Origin: Methylophaga frappieri
GTDB lineage: Bacteria > Pseudomonadota > Gammaproteobacteria > Nitrosococcales > Methylophagaceae
DNA: 32,000 bases
NCBI RefSeq assembly: GCF_000260965.1
Contig: NC_017856.1
Span: forward strand, 300,001 to 332,000
Direction: 5' to 3'
Both the position numbers and the translations under genes were made by a program. How positions within the stretch are numbered: position 1 is the stretch's first letter; every line of letters starts with the position of its first letter. Below the pieces are notes generated by a model. It saw only the letters and a list, made by a program, of their open reading frames with translations. It made no database searches and had not been told where the DNA came from. Of the stretch, positions 10,150 to 19,600 are shown piece after piece.

Positions 10150-11292
10150 TTACCTGTTCAACAAATGGTTAAAACGCTCAGATTCTCGGCTAAGTATCGC
10201 CAGTAATTCCGATATTTGTGCTGCTGTATTTTCCAAGCCCAGACTGACCCGAACGGCGCCAAGTGCCTTGTTTGCCTCCACCCCCATCGCGGTCAACACA
10301 TGACTGGGCGTTTGCCTACCAGTACCGCAGGCACTGCCACTTGCTACTGAAAAACCATATTTATCCAAGGCCATTAGTAACGTATCCGCATCAAATCCTG
10401 CTAGCGAAAAAAACACGGTATTTGGCAACCGTTCACTCTCTTCAGCAAAGATGGTGGCACCAGCCAATGATTTCAATCCCTGTTCGAGTTGATGACGTAA
10501 CGCCAGACAGTGCCGCTGGTAACTCTCAAGCTGATTACGCACATAGTCCGCCGCAACCCCAAAGCCAGCGATAGCTGCGACATTCTCAGTGCCACTTCGT
10601 TTATCATTTTCCTGCCCGCCACCCAGCACATATCCGGGCCAATCGAGCTGGTTATCAACAATTAACGCACCAATCCCTTTTGGCCCACCGAACTTGTGTG
10701 CCGATAAACTCATTAAATGCACCCCACTGGCAGGAAAATCCAGTGCTAATTTACCCGCCGCCTGCACTGCATCGGTATGAAAAATAATGCCCTTTTGCCG
10801 GGTCAATTGGCTTAATGCGCTAATGTCTTGAATGACACCCGTTTCATTATTTGCCCACATCACCGAAACCATACGGCTATCAGCGCCCAACATTTCACTC
10901 AATGCTGCCGGTGTAATGTAACCACTCCCATCGACTGGAATTTCAGCCATCTGAAAACCATATCGCTGTAAGTCATAAGCTGGTTGCAACACGGCTGGAT
11001 GCTCAATACTGCTCACCAGAATATGTCCATCCGAGTGAAAGTGTCGAATACCGTTTAGCGCCTGATTGTTGGACTCTGTCCCACCACTGGTAAACCAGAC
11101 CTGTTCTGGCTGTACATTCACCAACCTCGCCACTTGAGCACGCGCTGTATCGATAGCCGCTCTGGCAAAGCGGCCAAAGCGGTGGCTGCTGGAAGGGTTA
11201 CCCTGTTGCTGACGCAGGTAAGGCAACATCGCTTCTAAAACATTCGGGGCCAGCGCTGTACCGGCATTGTGATCCAAATAATTAAAAGCCAT
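10150..11292 (-). CDS. cysteine desulfurase, NifS/IscS-like (class V aminotransferase)
   Basis: 380 aa with HTDAVQA, the PLP lysine in SLSAHKFGGPKGIG and the catalytic Cys loop SGSACG. It is shorter than canonical 404-aa IscS. Confidence 0.85.
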   Translation of the reverse strand: MAFNYLDHNAGTALAPNVLEAMLPYLRQQQGNPSSSHRFGRFARAAIDTARAQVARLVNVQPEQVWFTSGGTESNNQALNGIRHFHSDGHILVSSIEHPAVLQPAYDLQRYGFQMAEIPVDGSGYITPAALSEMLGADSRMVSVMWANNETGVIQDISALSQLTRQKGIIFHTDAVQAAGKLALDFPASGVHLMSLSAHKFGGPKGIGALIVDNQLDWPGYVLGGGQENDKRSGTENVAAIAGFGVAADYVRNQLESYQRHCLALRHQLEQGLKSLAGATIFAEESERLPNTVFFSLAGFDADTLLMALDKYGFSVASGSACGTGRQTPSHVLTAMGVEANKALGAVRVSLGLENTAAQISELLAILSRESERFNHLLNR

Positions 11293-11294
11293 GC

Positions 11295-11741
11295 TCAGGT
11301 GAAGTCAAACTTGATAATTTTTTGACCGCTCCGATTGAGGAGATAATCAGACACCACCTGATGTAAGGTGATACCAGCAAGATAATGCCGAATTTGATCG
11401 CTCAAACTTTCCCACAGTTCGTGGCTGACGCATTGCTCTTCGGCATGGCAGTTATGCTTGCCTTGGCATTGCGTACTATCAACTTTTTCATCCACCGCCG
11501 AGATCACATCCAGCACCGTTATTTCAATTGCAGCACGACTCAGGCGATAGCCACCACCAGGCCCACGAGAGCTACTGACTAACCCCTGCTTGCGCAGCCG
11601 GGAAAAAAGTTGTTCCAAATAGGAAAGTGAGATGCCCTGACGCTCAGAAATATCTGCCAGCGTAATCGCACCGGCACCATAATTCAGGCTAAGGTCAAGC
11701 ATGGCGGTAACAGCGTAGCGACCTTTTGTCGTTAAACGCAT
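11295..11741 (-). CDS. iscR: Rrf2-family Fe-S cluster regulator IscR
   Basis: 148 aa. The N-terminus [17 protein letters not shown] carries a winged HTH, and there is a three-Cys ligand cluster ([13 protein letters not shown]). It lies directly upstream of the desulfurase gene. Confidence 0.85.
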   Translation of the reverse strand: MRLTTKGRYAVTAMLDLSLNYGAGAITLADISERQGISLSYLEQLFSRLRKQGLVSSSRGPGGGYRLSRAAIEITVLDVISAVDEKVDSTQCQGKHNCHAEEQCVSHELWESLSDQIRHYLAGITLHQVVSDYLLNRSGQKIIKFDFT

Positions 11742-11779
11742 GGCACGATCCGGTTAACTTAAATCAAATTTGAGTGTTC

Positions 11780-11804
11780 CATACCCGACTATTTTAGTCA
11801 ACTT
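11780..11804 (-). promoter_or_regulatory. candidate IscR type-1 operator / iscR promoter
   Basis: The minus strand reads AGTTGACTAAAATAGTCGGGTAT. This closely resembles the E. coli iscR site A as I remember it (ATAGTTGACCAATTTACTCGGGAAT). It lies about 40-65 nt upstream of the iscR ATG, overlaps the cysE stop codon and contains a TTGACT -35-like hexamer. Confidence 0.5.
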
Positions 11805-12588
11805 TTGTCTGGTCGCGTTCCTTGTCCAGTTCGCAGCCATCAAGTTCGGGCATTTCACCTTCAGGAACCTGTCCACCCAATTGTCTTATAGTTTGGCATA
11901 ACTGCTCAACGCGCTTATCCGTAATATGGATATGCTCAATCAATCCATGGATGGCAGAAGCCACCGGATCAGGTGTCTGGTTTGAGGTACCATACGCATC
12001 AAAACCAACCGACTGGGCCAATTTCTCTTTGGCTTTTTCATCCTGAGATTTTTGTGCACGCACCACTCGGCCAGGAATACCGACAACTGTTGCTTTCTCT
12101 TCAACATCTTTAACCACGACGGCATTCGACCCCACACGTGCGCCAGCATGTACCGTAATTGGCCCCAGTACTTTTGCACCGGCGCCAACGACAACATCAT
12201 TTTCCAGTGTCGGGTGCCGTTTTCCCCCTTTCCAGGAAGTGCCGCCAAGTGTCACACCATGATACAACGTACAATCATCGCCAATCTCCGCGGTTTCGCC
12301 GATGACAACGCCCATACCGTGATCGATAAAAAATCGACGACCGATTTTAGCTCCAGGATGTATCTCGATACCAGTCAACCATCGTGCAATGGTCGATAAA
12401 AATCGCGCAAACCATTTCCAGTTTTTCTGCCAAAACCAGTGACTAATGCGGTGTGCTGTCAACGCGTGAACACCGGGATAGGTCGTGACAATTTCAAATA
12501 CATTGCGCGCAGCAGGATCACGCTCAAAAACGCAGTAAATATCTTCTTTAAAACGTTGCCATACCGATAACTTTCGCATTTCACTCAT
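11794..12588 (-). CDS. cysE: serine O-acetyltransferase
   Basis: 264 aa with the N-terminal SAT helical domain and left-handed beta-helix hexapeptide repeats ([38 protein letters not shown]). It overlaps trmJ by 4 nt. Confidence 0.88.
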   Translation of the reverse strand: MSEMRKLSVWQRFKEDIYCVFERDPAARNVFEIVTTYPGVHALTAHRISHWFWQKNWKWFARFLSTIARWLTGIEIHPGAKIGRRFFIDHGMGVVIGETAEIGDDCTLYHGVTLGGTSWKGGKRHPTLENDVVVGAGAKVLGPITVHAGARVGSNAVVVKDVEEKATVVGIPGRVVRAQKSQDEKAKEKLAQSVGFDAYGTSNQTPDPVASAIHGLIEHIHITDKRVEQLCQTIRQLGGQVPEGEMPELDGCELDKERDQTKVD

Positions 12589-13319
12589 TCTGGTTTCCTT
12601 GCTTTGGTCTCAGCCGCGCGTAACATGCCATGAAGAATTTGTACTTCATTGCGATCCAAATCAGCCCGATTGAACAAGCGACGAATACGCCGCATTAACT
12701 GACGCGGATTGTCAGGGTCTAAAAAACCAATTGTGGTTAGACTTTGTTCAAAATGGCTGTACAAATGCGCCATATCTTCAGCGTTAATTGTCTCTCGTTT
12801 TTCTCCAACGCGTCCCGGATCCACGACCGGATTCACGCTCATGCGAATCTCATACGCCATTACCTGAACAGCCGCAGCTAAATTCAACGAACTATAATCG
12901 GGGTTTGCCGGAATATTAATCAGCGTCTGGCATTGGTCGATTTCTTCATTCGACAAACCTGAATGCTCTCGACCAAACACCACAGCAATTTGCTCGTCCG
13001 GCGCAATTTTGTCCAGACTTTGTGCCGCCTCACGTGGCGTCATATACGGCATCGATAAATGACGTAATCGTGCGCTCATCGCATAGACATGTCGACAACC
13101 GACCAAAGCATCGGCAAGAGAGTGATGTACCTGTGTATTCGCCAAAACATCGTCCGCTCCTGACGCCCGTGCTGTCGCTTCAGCACAAGGATAGGTCTTT
13201 GGCGCAACCAGATGTAACTGTCGCAATCCCATCGTCTTCATTGCCCGCGCTGATGCGCCAATATTACCGGGATGCGTCGTGCCAACTAAAATAAAACGAA
13301 TATTATCCAGCGGTGTCAT
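12585..13319 (-). CDS. trmJ: tRNA (cytidine/uridine-2'-O-)-methyltransferase, SpoU/TrmH class
   Basis: 244 aa with the SPOUT motifs [22 protein letters not shown] and [13 protein letters not shown] ... [16 protein letters not shown]. Its position upstream of cysE-iscR matches the pseudomonad arrangement. Confidence 0.8.
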   Translation of the reverse strand: MTPLDNIRFILVGTTHPGNIGASARAMKTMGLRQLHLVAPKTYPCAEATARASGADDVLANTQVHHSLADALVGCRHVYAMSARLRHLSMPYMTPREAAQSLDKIAPDEQIAVVFGREHSGLSNEEIDQCQTLINIPANPDYSSLNLAAAVQVMAYEIRMSVNPVVDPGRVGEKRETINAEDMAHLYSHFEQSLTTIGFLDPDNPRQLMRRIRRLFNRADLDRNEVQILHGMLRAAETKARKPE

Positions 13320-14347
13320 GTGTCTTTCCGTCTAATAAACATGGCATCGCCATAACTGAAAAATCGATATCGTTGCGCGATCGCGTGCTGGTAGGCCGCC
13401 ATAATATTATCGCGGCCCGCAAAAGCCGACACCAACATCAACAGTGTTGACTCTGATAAGTGAAAATTGGTGATCATCGCATCGACCGATCGAAAGCGAT
13501 AACCGGGATAAATAAAAATATCTGTATCTCCGCGAAATGGTTCAATCTGTCCTTGTTTTGAGGCGCTTTCAAGCGCACGGACACTTGTTGTCCCCACAGC
13601 AATAACACGCCCTCCTCGTTTGCGCGCAGCATTGACTGCCTCACAAACCGGCTGTTCAACCTCAATATATTCAGAATGCATTTGATGATCACGAATGTCG
13701 TCAGCCCGAACGGGTTGAAATGTCCCGGCACCGACATGCAAGGTCACCTCTGCCGTCTGAACACCGAACGCTTTCACCGCCTGCAATAATGCATCATCAA
13801 AATGCAGTCCCGCCGTTGGGGCAGCGACGGCACCAGCATGCTTTGCATACACAGTCTGATAGCGTGCTAAATCAGCCTTATCCACCTCCCGCTCAATATA
13901 GGGCGGTAACGGCAAACGTCCATAACTTTCCAGTAAGCCGATCAAAGACGTTTCACTTAGAAAACGTAATTCGAATAAATTCTCACGGCGTCCTATGACT
14001 TCCGCTTCCACAGCACCTTCTAATCGGAGTCGCCTACCGACTCCCGGCGATTTACTACTACGTACATGCGCGAGTACACGTTGATCATCCATCAACCGCT
14101 CTACCAGCACCTCGACTTTTCCGCCCGTTTCTTTTTCCCCCAACAAGCGTGCCGGTATCACTTTGGTATTGTTAAAAACCAGCAAATCATCCGCTGTTAA
14201 TAAGGATGTCAGATCAGAAAAAACATGATCCCGAAACGCACCAGTATTGCCATCCAACTCAAGCAGACGGCTGGCGGTTCGGTCTTCGGAAGGGTACTGC
14301 GCAATCAGTTCTTCAGGCAGATCAAATTGAAAGTCATTTCTTTGCAT
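13316..14347 (-). CDS. queA: S-adenosylmethionine:tRNA ribosyltransferase-isomerase
   Basis: 343 aa. The start is [12 protein letters not shown], followed by [20 protein letters not shown] and the C-terminal [11 protein letters not shown]. Confidence 0.92.
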   Translation of the reverse strand: MQRNDFQFDLPEELIAQYPSEDRTASRLLELDGNTGAFRDHVFSDLTSLLTADDLLVFNNTKVIPARLLGEKETGGKVEVLVERLMDDQRVLAHVRSSKSPGVGRRLRLEGAVEAEVIGRRENLFELRFLSETSLIGLLESYGRLPLPPYIEREVDKADLARYQTVYAKHAGAVAAPTAGLHFDDALLQAVKAFGVQTAEVTLHVGAGTFQPVRADDIRDHQMHSEYIEVEQPVCEAVNAARKRGGRVIAVGTTSVRALESASKQGQIEPFRGDTDIFIYPGYRFRSVDAMITNFHLSESTLLMLVSAFAGRDNIMAAYQHAIAQRYRFFSYGDAMFIRRKDT

Positions 14348-14436
14348 GCCGCGATCATAGCAGAGCCTCAGCCCAAAACGGTAAGCATTATCCGGACAAA
14401 ATTCTTAAAAGATGACCACTTTATGACAAATCGGGC

Positions 14437-14465
14437 TTTCCAACAGACGATCAGGTCGTTATAAT
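14437..14465 (+). promoter_or_regulatory. candidate sigma70 promoter of tRNA-Leu
   Basis: A perfect TATAAT at 14460-14465 is followed by a GC-rich discriminator (GCGCG) and lies 11 nt before the tRNA 5' end. TTTCCA at 14437-14442 sits at 17-bp spacing and matches TTGACA at 4 of 6 positions. Confidence 0.55.
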
Positions 14466-14476
14466 GCGCGTCTTGT

Positions 14477-14561
14477 GCCGGGGTGGCGGAACTGGTAGAC
14501 GCGCCGGATTCAAAATCCGGTTTCTTCGGAAGTGTGGGTTCGATTCCCACCCTCGGTACCA
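14477..14561 (+). tRNA. tRNA-Leu (anticodon CAA), encoded CCA end
   Basis: Folded by hand. The acceptor stem is GCCGGGG/CCTCGGT with two G-U pairs. The anticodon arm is CCGGA-TTCAAAA-TCCGG, giving anticodon CAA. There is a long variable arm (TTTCTTCGGAAGT), a T arm GTGGG-TTCGATT-CCCAC, discriminator A and CCA. Confidence 0.9.
14531..14561. repeat. attL-like direct repeat (3' end of tRNA-Leu)
   Basis: AGTGTGGGTTCGATTCCCACCCTCGGTACCA is repeated at 20801-20831 with a single mismatch (T14539 versus G20809). Similarity continues weakly downstream (ACTTT) if one gap is allowed. Confidence 0.85.
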
Positions 14562-14688
14562 ACTTTCACATCAACCATATTTTTCCTTCTAAATAAGTAG
14601 GTTAAAAATCTCCAGGTAGAGCTTGTGTCCAACACATGTGGACTACAGATCACTTAACAGCTTGGATTTAGATTTGATGGTCTATGGC

Positions 14689-14889
14689 TCAAGGTTCTGG
14701 GCCAATCTCATTGTCCTTTGATTCAGCCATATCCTTGAGAAGCTCCTCAGCTAGAGCTCTTTCATCTTTTTCACCTAGTTTGGCCGTTCTGCTGAGACGA
14801 TGACCAGTTACAGTCAGCATTCCATCATCAACACTGTACTCTGCTGCAAAACGTTTTCCATCAAGCTCAATCTCAACAATTTCTGCCAT
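14689..14889 (-). CDS. small acidic hypothetical protein (66 aa), island cargo
   Basis: ATG with an AAGGA Shine-Dalgarno 7 nt upstream. The protein is MAEIVEIELDGKRFAAEYSVDDGMLTVTGHRLSRTAKLGEKDERALAEELLKDMAESKDNEIGPEP, with a predicted beta N-terminal half and an acidic helical tail. I recognise no family. Confidence 0.5.
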   Translation of the reverse strand: MAEIVEIELDGKRFAAEYSVDDGMLTVTGHRLSRTAKLGEKDERALAEELLKDMAESKDNEIGPEP

Positions 14890-14919
14890 GTTCTATCCTT
14901 GTTCAATATTAGCGTTTTG

Positions 14920-14938
14920 AAGACAAAAGTTTTGTCTT
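14920..14938. promoter_or_regulatory. perfect 9+9 palindrome between the S8 protease stop and the 66-aa ORF
   Basis: AAGACAAAA-G-TTTTGTCTT. It could be an operator for the small ORF's promoter or a weak terminator hairpin for the protease gene. There is no clean T tract. Confidence 0.35.
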
Positions 14939-14956
14939 AATTGGTACACCCTTTAT

Positions 14957-17140
14957 TTATACTTGGAGTCGGATCTCTTGTCTGAGCGGTATTGGTGACA
15001 AAGTCTGATATTCCTGCCTAATTGCATTGTATACCTCAGGGGTATTCTTGACTTGAACAGTTACTACTAGTGCATAAGGCAAAGCATCACCATCAGAGTA
15101 TGGCGAGTGGCCCATTTCGCGAGCTTGATAGACCACATCGAAGCAAGGTTTATCCAAAGAAGTGTTTCTAAATGCTTGCTCTTTATGCAAAGTAGTTTCC
15201 CACTTGTGCCCATCTGTTCTAAATTCTTGTTCAGTCGGGTACAGACTTTTCAGATTAAAAAATGACTTTGTCGAATCTGCGTTGTGCTTTGGCCTAAAAG
15301 TCACTACTAAACCACTTCTCGTGTAATTTATCGGGTGCTCAGGATCTATATCTGAAGCAAAACAGAACGTTGCTTTGATGGTCACATTTCCCTTTAACTC
15401 TATACTCGGGAATGGCAAAGGAATTCTCACATACTGCGATGTTGTTAACTCACCTCTGTAGACAACAGTTACCTCATTATCATCACAATAAACAACGTTA
15501 TTTAGATCACTATTAAAACGCCCCCACCCCACTTCCTTCTTATCATGCTGGGATTTTTCAACATTGTGAATCATCAAAGCCTTTACAGCTAAAGCGCTCA
15601 TGTCATGTTCTAGCGACGACTTAATCGCAATAGCATTCCTCAGAACCAATGGAGCCGCAAAACTAGTTCCCGCTGTATGAACCAGCGAGTTGTTGTACGG
15701 AGAAAATAACGTAAAGGGTTTGATACTATCCCCACCGAATGCAACACCATCGGGCTTTACTATTCCAGGGGCTCTACCTGGTCCGATACAACTGTAGCTT
15801 GCCCGCTTCCATCCAGCATGGCACGTATCCGCTGCACCCACCGAGAGTCCATTTACTAGGTCGGCTGGTGGTTGAATACGGTTTTGTCCTTCTATTTCAC
15901 CATCATTTCCGATAGCGATCGTTGCTAATGATTTTCCCGTAGCTAAATACTTGTCGAGTTTTGATGTCCAGACATGAACTTCGTCATCCTCAATCGGAAC
16001 TCTGGGTCCGAGGCTTAAGTTGAAAAAATCATATTGCTTTTCTTCCAGAGCTGTTGTGATTCGTCTTAACACATCGAATAAATCAGGATCTCTCCCAGTA
16101 ACAGTATCCAGAACCCTATAGTGATCAACATTGCAATATGGAACCGGAAGAGACACTGTGTTCTCATCACATACGCCAAACAACACTGTTGATGTTACAT
16201 CGGCACCGTGCTTGAGCAGTTCAGGTGAAGTTCTATGTCCAGTGTCGTAGATAACCTCGTCACACCAGCGATCAATGGTGTTAGTTCCCACGCCACCGTC
16301 AAAAACAGCTACCCGAATGTCTGGATTTATTGCATCTTTATCAGGGAGAGCAGGTTGAGTTTTTGAGGATAGAATATTTCTCAAAATTTGAGGCTCATTT
16401 ACTCGCAATGTAGGTAGATCTCGTAGCACTCGCAAGAAAGTAAACTTTGCAAGTTCTATTGCTCCAGCAAAGTCCGCTATCACAGGTAGGAATGTAAGCC
16501 CACCGACATTCACGCTACGGTCGATATCAACACTACTGTTGCATGTCTTCGCAAACTCATAAAAACAGTCCAAAATTTCACTACTGTGGCCATCTGGCGT
16601 GTGCAAAACAACCTCCAGAAGCCTGTCATTGATCTCAGTGTCCAGTTTGCGAATTTTGTCTTCCGGCTGAAAGTCGTCTAGCTCTTCTATCTTAATGACA
16701 TCGTTCATCGTGCCTCTTGCCATCTCCTCTGTCTCAAGGGCACTCAGAAAACACGAAAAATCACCCTCAGTCCCTGCCAAATACAGGCACGATGTTTCGA
16801 GATTCTCTTTTTTAATTTTTGTGGTCTGTTTCCTTGGGGTAACTCTGACTGATTTACTACCAATGTCACTCAGATGAAATGCCCTTAGGAGGTTCTCTGG
16901 ATAATAGGACTTTGCTAGATATGCTGGGTGAAGAGTGACTCTTGCAACACTCCTCCCACCGGGTTTGGCTAGCTCTGGTAGATCATGTGAGCGTCCGATA
17001 AATTGAGACGTCTGCTCAGTCAAGATGCCTTTTACATCACTGAAACTATATGGATGAGACTTTGGGCCTCCACTTGATGGTCTATCAATGTTGTAAGTTA
17101 GAGTTTCACCAAACCCAAGTAATAAGTTTTTCTGGCTCAT
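14957..17140 (-). CDS. cytoplasmic S8 (subtilase) family serine peptidase with large unassigned N- and C-terminal regions; IetS-like
   Basis: 727 aa with no signal peptide. The catalytic set is in canonical S8 order: D281 (RVAVFDGG), H311 (KHGADVTS), N412 (IGNDG) and S493 (GTSFAAP). Its ATG overlaps the ATPase stop (ATGA at 17137-17140). Confidence 0.85.
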   Translation of the reverse strand: MSQKNLLLGFGETLTYNIDRPSSGGPKSHPYSFSDVKGILTEQTSQFIGRSHDLPELAKPGGRSVARVTLHPAYLAKSYYPENLLRAFHLSDIGSKSVRVTPRKQTTKIKKENLETSCLYLAGTEGDFSCFLSALETEEMARGTMNDVIKIEELDDFQPEDKIRKLDTEINDRLLEVVLHTPDGHSSEILDCFYEFAKTCNSSVDIDRSVNVGGLTFLPVIADFAGAIELAKFTFLRVLRDLPTLRVNEPQILRNILSSKTQPALPDKDAINPDIRVAVFDGGVGTNTIDRWCDEVIYDTGHRTSPELLKHGADVTSTVLFGVCDENTVSLPVPYCNVDHYRVLDTVTGRDPDLFDVLRRITTALEEKQYDFFNLSLGPRVPIEDDEVHVWTSKLDKYLATGKSLATIAIGNDGEIEGQNRIQPPADLVNGLSVGAADTCHAGWKRASYSCIGPGRAPGIVKPDGVAFGGDSIKPFTLFSPYNNSLVHTAGTSFAAPLVLRNAIAIKSSLEHDMSALAVKALMIHNVEKSQHDKKEVGWGRFNSDLNNVVYCDDNEVTVVYRGELTTSQYVRIPLPFPSIELKGNVTIKATFCFASDIDPEHPINYTRSGLVVTFRPKHNADSTKSFFNLKSLYPTEQEFRTDGHKWETTLHKEQAFRNTSLDKPCFDVVYQAREMGHSPYSDGDALPYALVVTVQVKNTPEVYNAIRQEYQTLSPIPLRQEIRLQV

Positions 17141-18246
17141 AAGCTGCTTCCTTGCTCAACTTTAGTAATTAAAGTTTTAATAAATCCTCTTGAGACTCCT
17201 AAAGCCTCAGATATCTTCCTCTGAGATACTCCCTGTCCTGTAAGGTTAATAACTTGAAAATCTCTCGTTAAATGTTCGTCATGACTGACGTGAGTTTCAC
17301 GCACCTTGAACTCTTTGAGAAGTTCAACACTGTATGGTGTTTGGTTCAGTATCGAGCTTTTTCTAGCATATGCAAGTCGCTTTTCAATATTCGCGAAAGA
17401 GCTTCCAACAACAGCCAGTGATAGAATACTCGCCAGCGACTCATGAACACCTTTCATCCTTATGAATTCTCTGATGTTCCTTGCATCCGGGATATCAAAG
17501 CGTATGACCTTATCAAACCTTCTCCAAACAGCAGGGTCGAGCAACTCACCATGATTAGTCGCTGCTATGAGAATTGATGTTGAGGGCCAATCATCAATGG
17601 ATTGTAAAAGTACTGTTACGAGACGCTTTAACTCACCAACATCAGTATCGTCGTCACGCTTTTTAGCGATGGAATCAAACTCGTCTAATAGTAAGACGCA
17701 AGGGAAAGACATAGCGTAGTTTAAAACTGCTCTGATGTTGTTACCTGTTTTACCAAGAAAGCTACTCATAACAGTAGCAAGGTCTAATGTGAGAAGAGGT
17801 AAATCAAGGGATTGTGCCAGCCACTTTGCTGCGAGAGTTTTACCTACTCCAGGTGGCCCCTCTAGCAACATGGATCGAGAAGGAAGAAGCCCTTGCTCCA
17901 TTAGTTTTTCAGCACCTTCACGCTCCCTGATAAATAAGTCCAAGTCATAAGACACATGCTCATCCCAGAATGGATTTATTGTGAGAATTACTGGATAAAT
18001 TTCACTCACTAAGTGCTGTCGTGTATCACTATCAACTGGCACCGGCCCCTTCTCTCTAGTAACTCCTCTCAAAGCAGTATCACTTCCAATTAACTGATTT
18101 AAATGGCTGACAAAGTCTGGGTCCTTTGAGCGTAAGCTACTTGCAATCCGTCTAACCCTCATGCCAAGACTATCGATATTTCCAGACAAACCATCCTTGA
18201 TTAAGTCGATCAACAACTCACTTTTGATGGAAACACTTTTTGACAT
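17137..18246 (-). CDS. classical AAA+ ATPase with a C-terminal HTH-like tail; IetA-like
   Basis: The ORF track starts at TTG 18267. The ATG at 18246 (MSKSVSIK) has a GGAGG 8 nt upstream and is the likelier start. Numbering below follows the ORF track. Motifs: Walker A GPPGVGKT (137-144), Walker B LLLDEFD (192-198), sensor-1 N238 (AATN), R249/R250 (PAVWRRFD) and the tail GVSQRKISEALGVSRGFIKTLI (346-367). Confidence 0.85.
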   Translation of the reverse strand: MSKSVSIKSELLIDLIKDGLSGNIDSLGMRVRRIASSLRSKDPDFVSHLNQLIGSDTALRGVTREKGPVPVDSDTRQHLVSEIYPVILTINPFWDEHVSYDLDLFIREREGAEKLMEQGLLPSRSMLLEGPPGVGKTLAAKWLAQSLDLPLLTLDLATVMSSFLGKTGNNIRAVLNYAMSFPCVLLLDEFDSIAKKRDDDTDVGELKRLVTVLLQSIDDWPSTSILIAATNHGELLDPAVWRRFDKVIRFDIPDARNIREFIRMKGVHESLASILSLAVVGSSFANIEKRLAYARKSSILNQTPYSVELLKEFKVRETHVSHDEHLTRDFQVINLTGQGVSQRKISEALGVSRGFIKTLITKVEQGSSL

Positions 18247-18721
18247 TATGGCACCCTCCATGACCAATATTGGTACTTATATTAATGCAAAAACACCATT
18301 TTTTAATCGCACCAACTATTTTTGGTACATTATGAGCGACACAATGGAACAGGTAAAGAATAATTTTTAAATATTACTAGGAAGGCGGATCGTCCTCAGG
18401 TACTCCCCAAAGTTAATCACCAAATGAAATAAAGAAAGAGAATAATATGGTTTCATCAAGCATGGTATTCATGAACTAGGCCACCTTCATTGGTATTGAT
18501 TTTATCCACTATCGGACAAGCCTCCTGCTGCTCTCGCCGACAAGCAACACAGCAAGAAGTTAAGTTAATAGCGAATACGTCAGCATGAGAGAGCGAATAA
18601 AGATTCTAGTCTTCACAGCAAGGCTGCCATCCCCCCCCTTCCCTATGAGTTCTATAAAGAACCATGCGGGGGTAGAGGGGGAAAGCTACAAACTGTAGTG
18701 GTCTGGTAAGGCCTGACTTAT

Positions 18722-19600
18722 CTAGACACTTTTCATATTCTGAAAATACCGTCGCTCATACTCATTAGGTGATGTTCTACCATTGCTTGTATGTCGACGA
18801 GTTGGATTGTAAAACATTTCGATGTAATGAAATATTGCTTGTCTGGCTTCCTCCCTGTTTTTGTAGATACTACGCCTGATTTTTTCTTTCTTCAGATTGC
18901 TGAAAAAACTTTCAGCCACCGCATTATCCCAACAGTTTCCACGTCGAGTCATGCTCGCTTCAATATTCAAAGTATCGAGTAACTTTCTGAATCTTCGACT
19001 GGTGTATTGTGAACCCTGGTCAGAGTGCAACCTGACTCTCTGGCCCGGCTTTCTCCGCCAATAGGCCATGGTCAGTGCATCCAAGGTTAGGTCATCGGTG
19101 ATCCGATGCCCCATCGCCCACCCAACGATGTTTCGAGCATACAAATCCATCACGACTGCCAGAAACAAGAATCCTTAGTGGGTGTGGATATAGGTAATAT
19201 CGCTCACCCACCACTGATTCGGCTTTTCCACATCAAATTCGCGTTGTAGCTGATTCGCTGTTTTTATATCTGGAACGCCACTGTAATACCCTTTAGGTGT
19301 TTTATAGCCACGCTGTGCTTTTAAACCCGCTTCTCGCATCAGACGTAATACTCGGTCTCGCCCACAATTAATTCTGGCCTCTTTCAAATCCAGATATATA
19401 TTGCGATAGCCATAATGGCCTCCACTTTCCAGCCAGAACTGCTTGATACTGGGGATGAGACGCTTATCCTGTTGTTGCCGATAACTGATGGGCTGCTTTA
19501 GCCAAGCATAGTAGCCACTCGGGTGAATACCTAAAGCACCACACAATAAGCGTACCGGATAATAACGACTACGAGCTTTTACGAACGGGTAGCGTTCTTT
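18722..19600 (-). pseudogene. IS3-family transposase OrfB (DDE), interrupted by an in-frame TAA
   Basis: The -1 frame is open from a candidate A-AAG slip site (minus strand, about 19600-19597): ...GSK/ERYPFVKARSRYYPVRLLCGALGIHPSGYYAW.... The DDE residues are present (WVSDITYI; LHSDQGSQYTS; NAVAESFF). The frame reads ...YIHTH-TAA-GFLFLAVVMDLY, with the stop at 19175-19177 where relatives usually have Glu or Gln. Confidence 0.75.

Noticed and set aside
14368-14562. 64-aa minus-strand ORF (MVPRVGIEPTLPKKPDFESGAS...)
   Set aside because: It is the antisense translation of tRNA-Leu. GIEPT-type peptides are the usual artefact of reading a tRNA T-arm backwards.
14627-14643. GTCCA-ACACATG-TGGAC hairpin downstream of the 66-aa ORF as a terminator
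   Set aside because: The stem is only 5 bp and there is no following T tract on the minus strand. This is too weak to call.
18641-18681. C8 homopolymer (18641-18648) followed 20 nt later by GGGGGTAGAGGGGG, next to the IS right end
   Set aside because: It could be a slipped-strand or phase-variation tract, or a long hairpin. However, it lies in non-coding remnant DNA with no ORF or promoter that it could switch, so there is not enough to call a feature.
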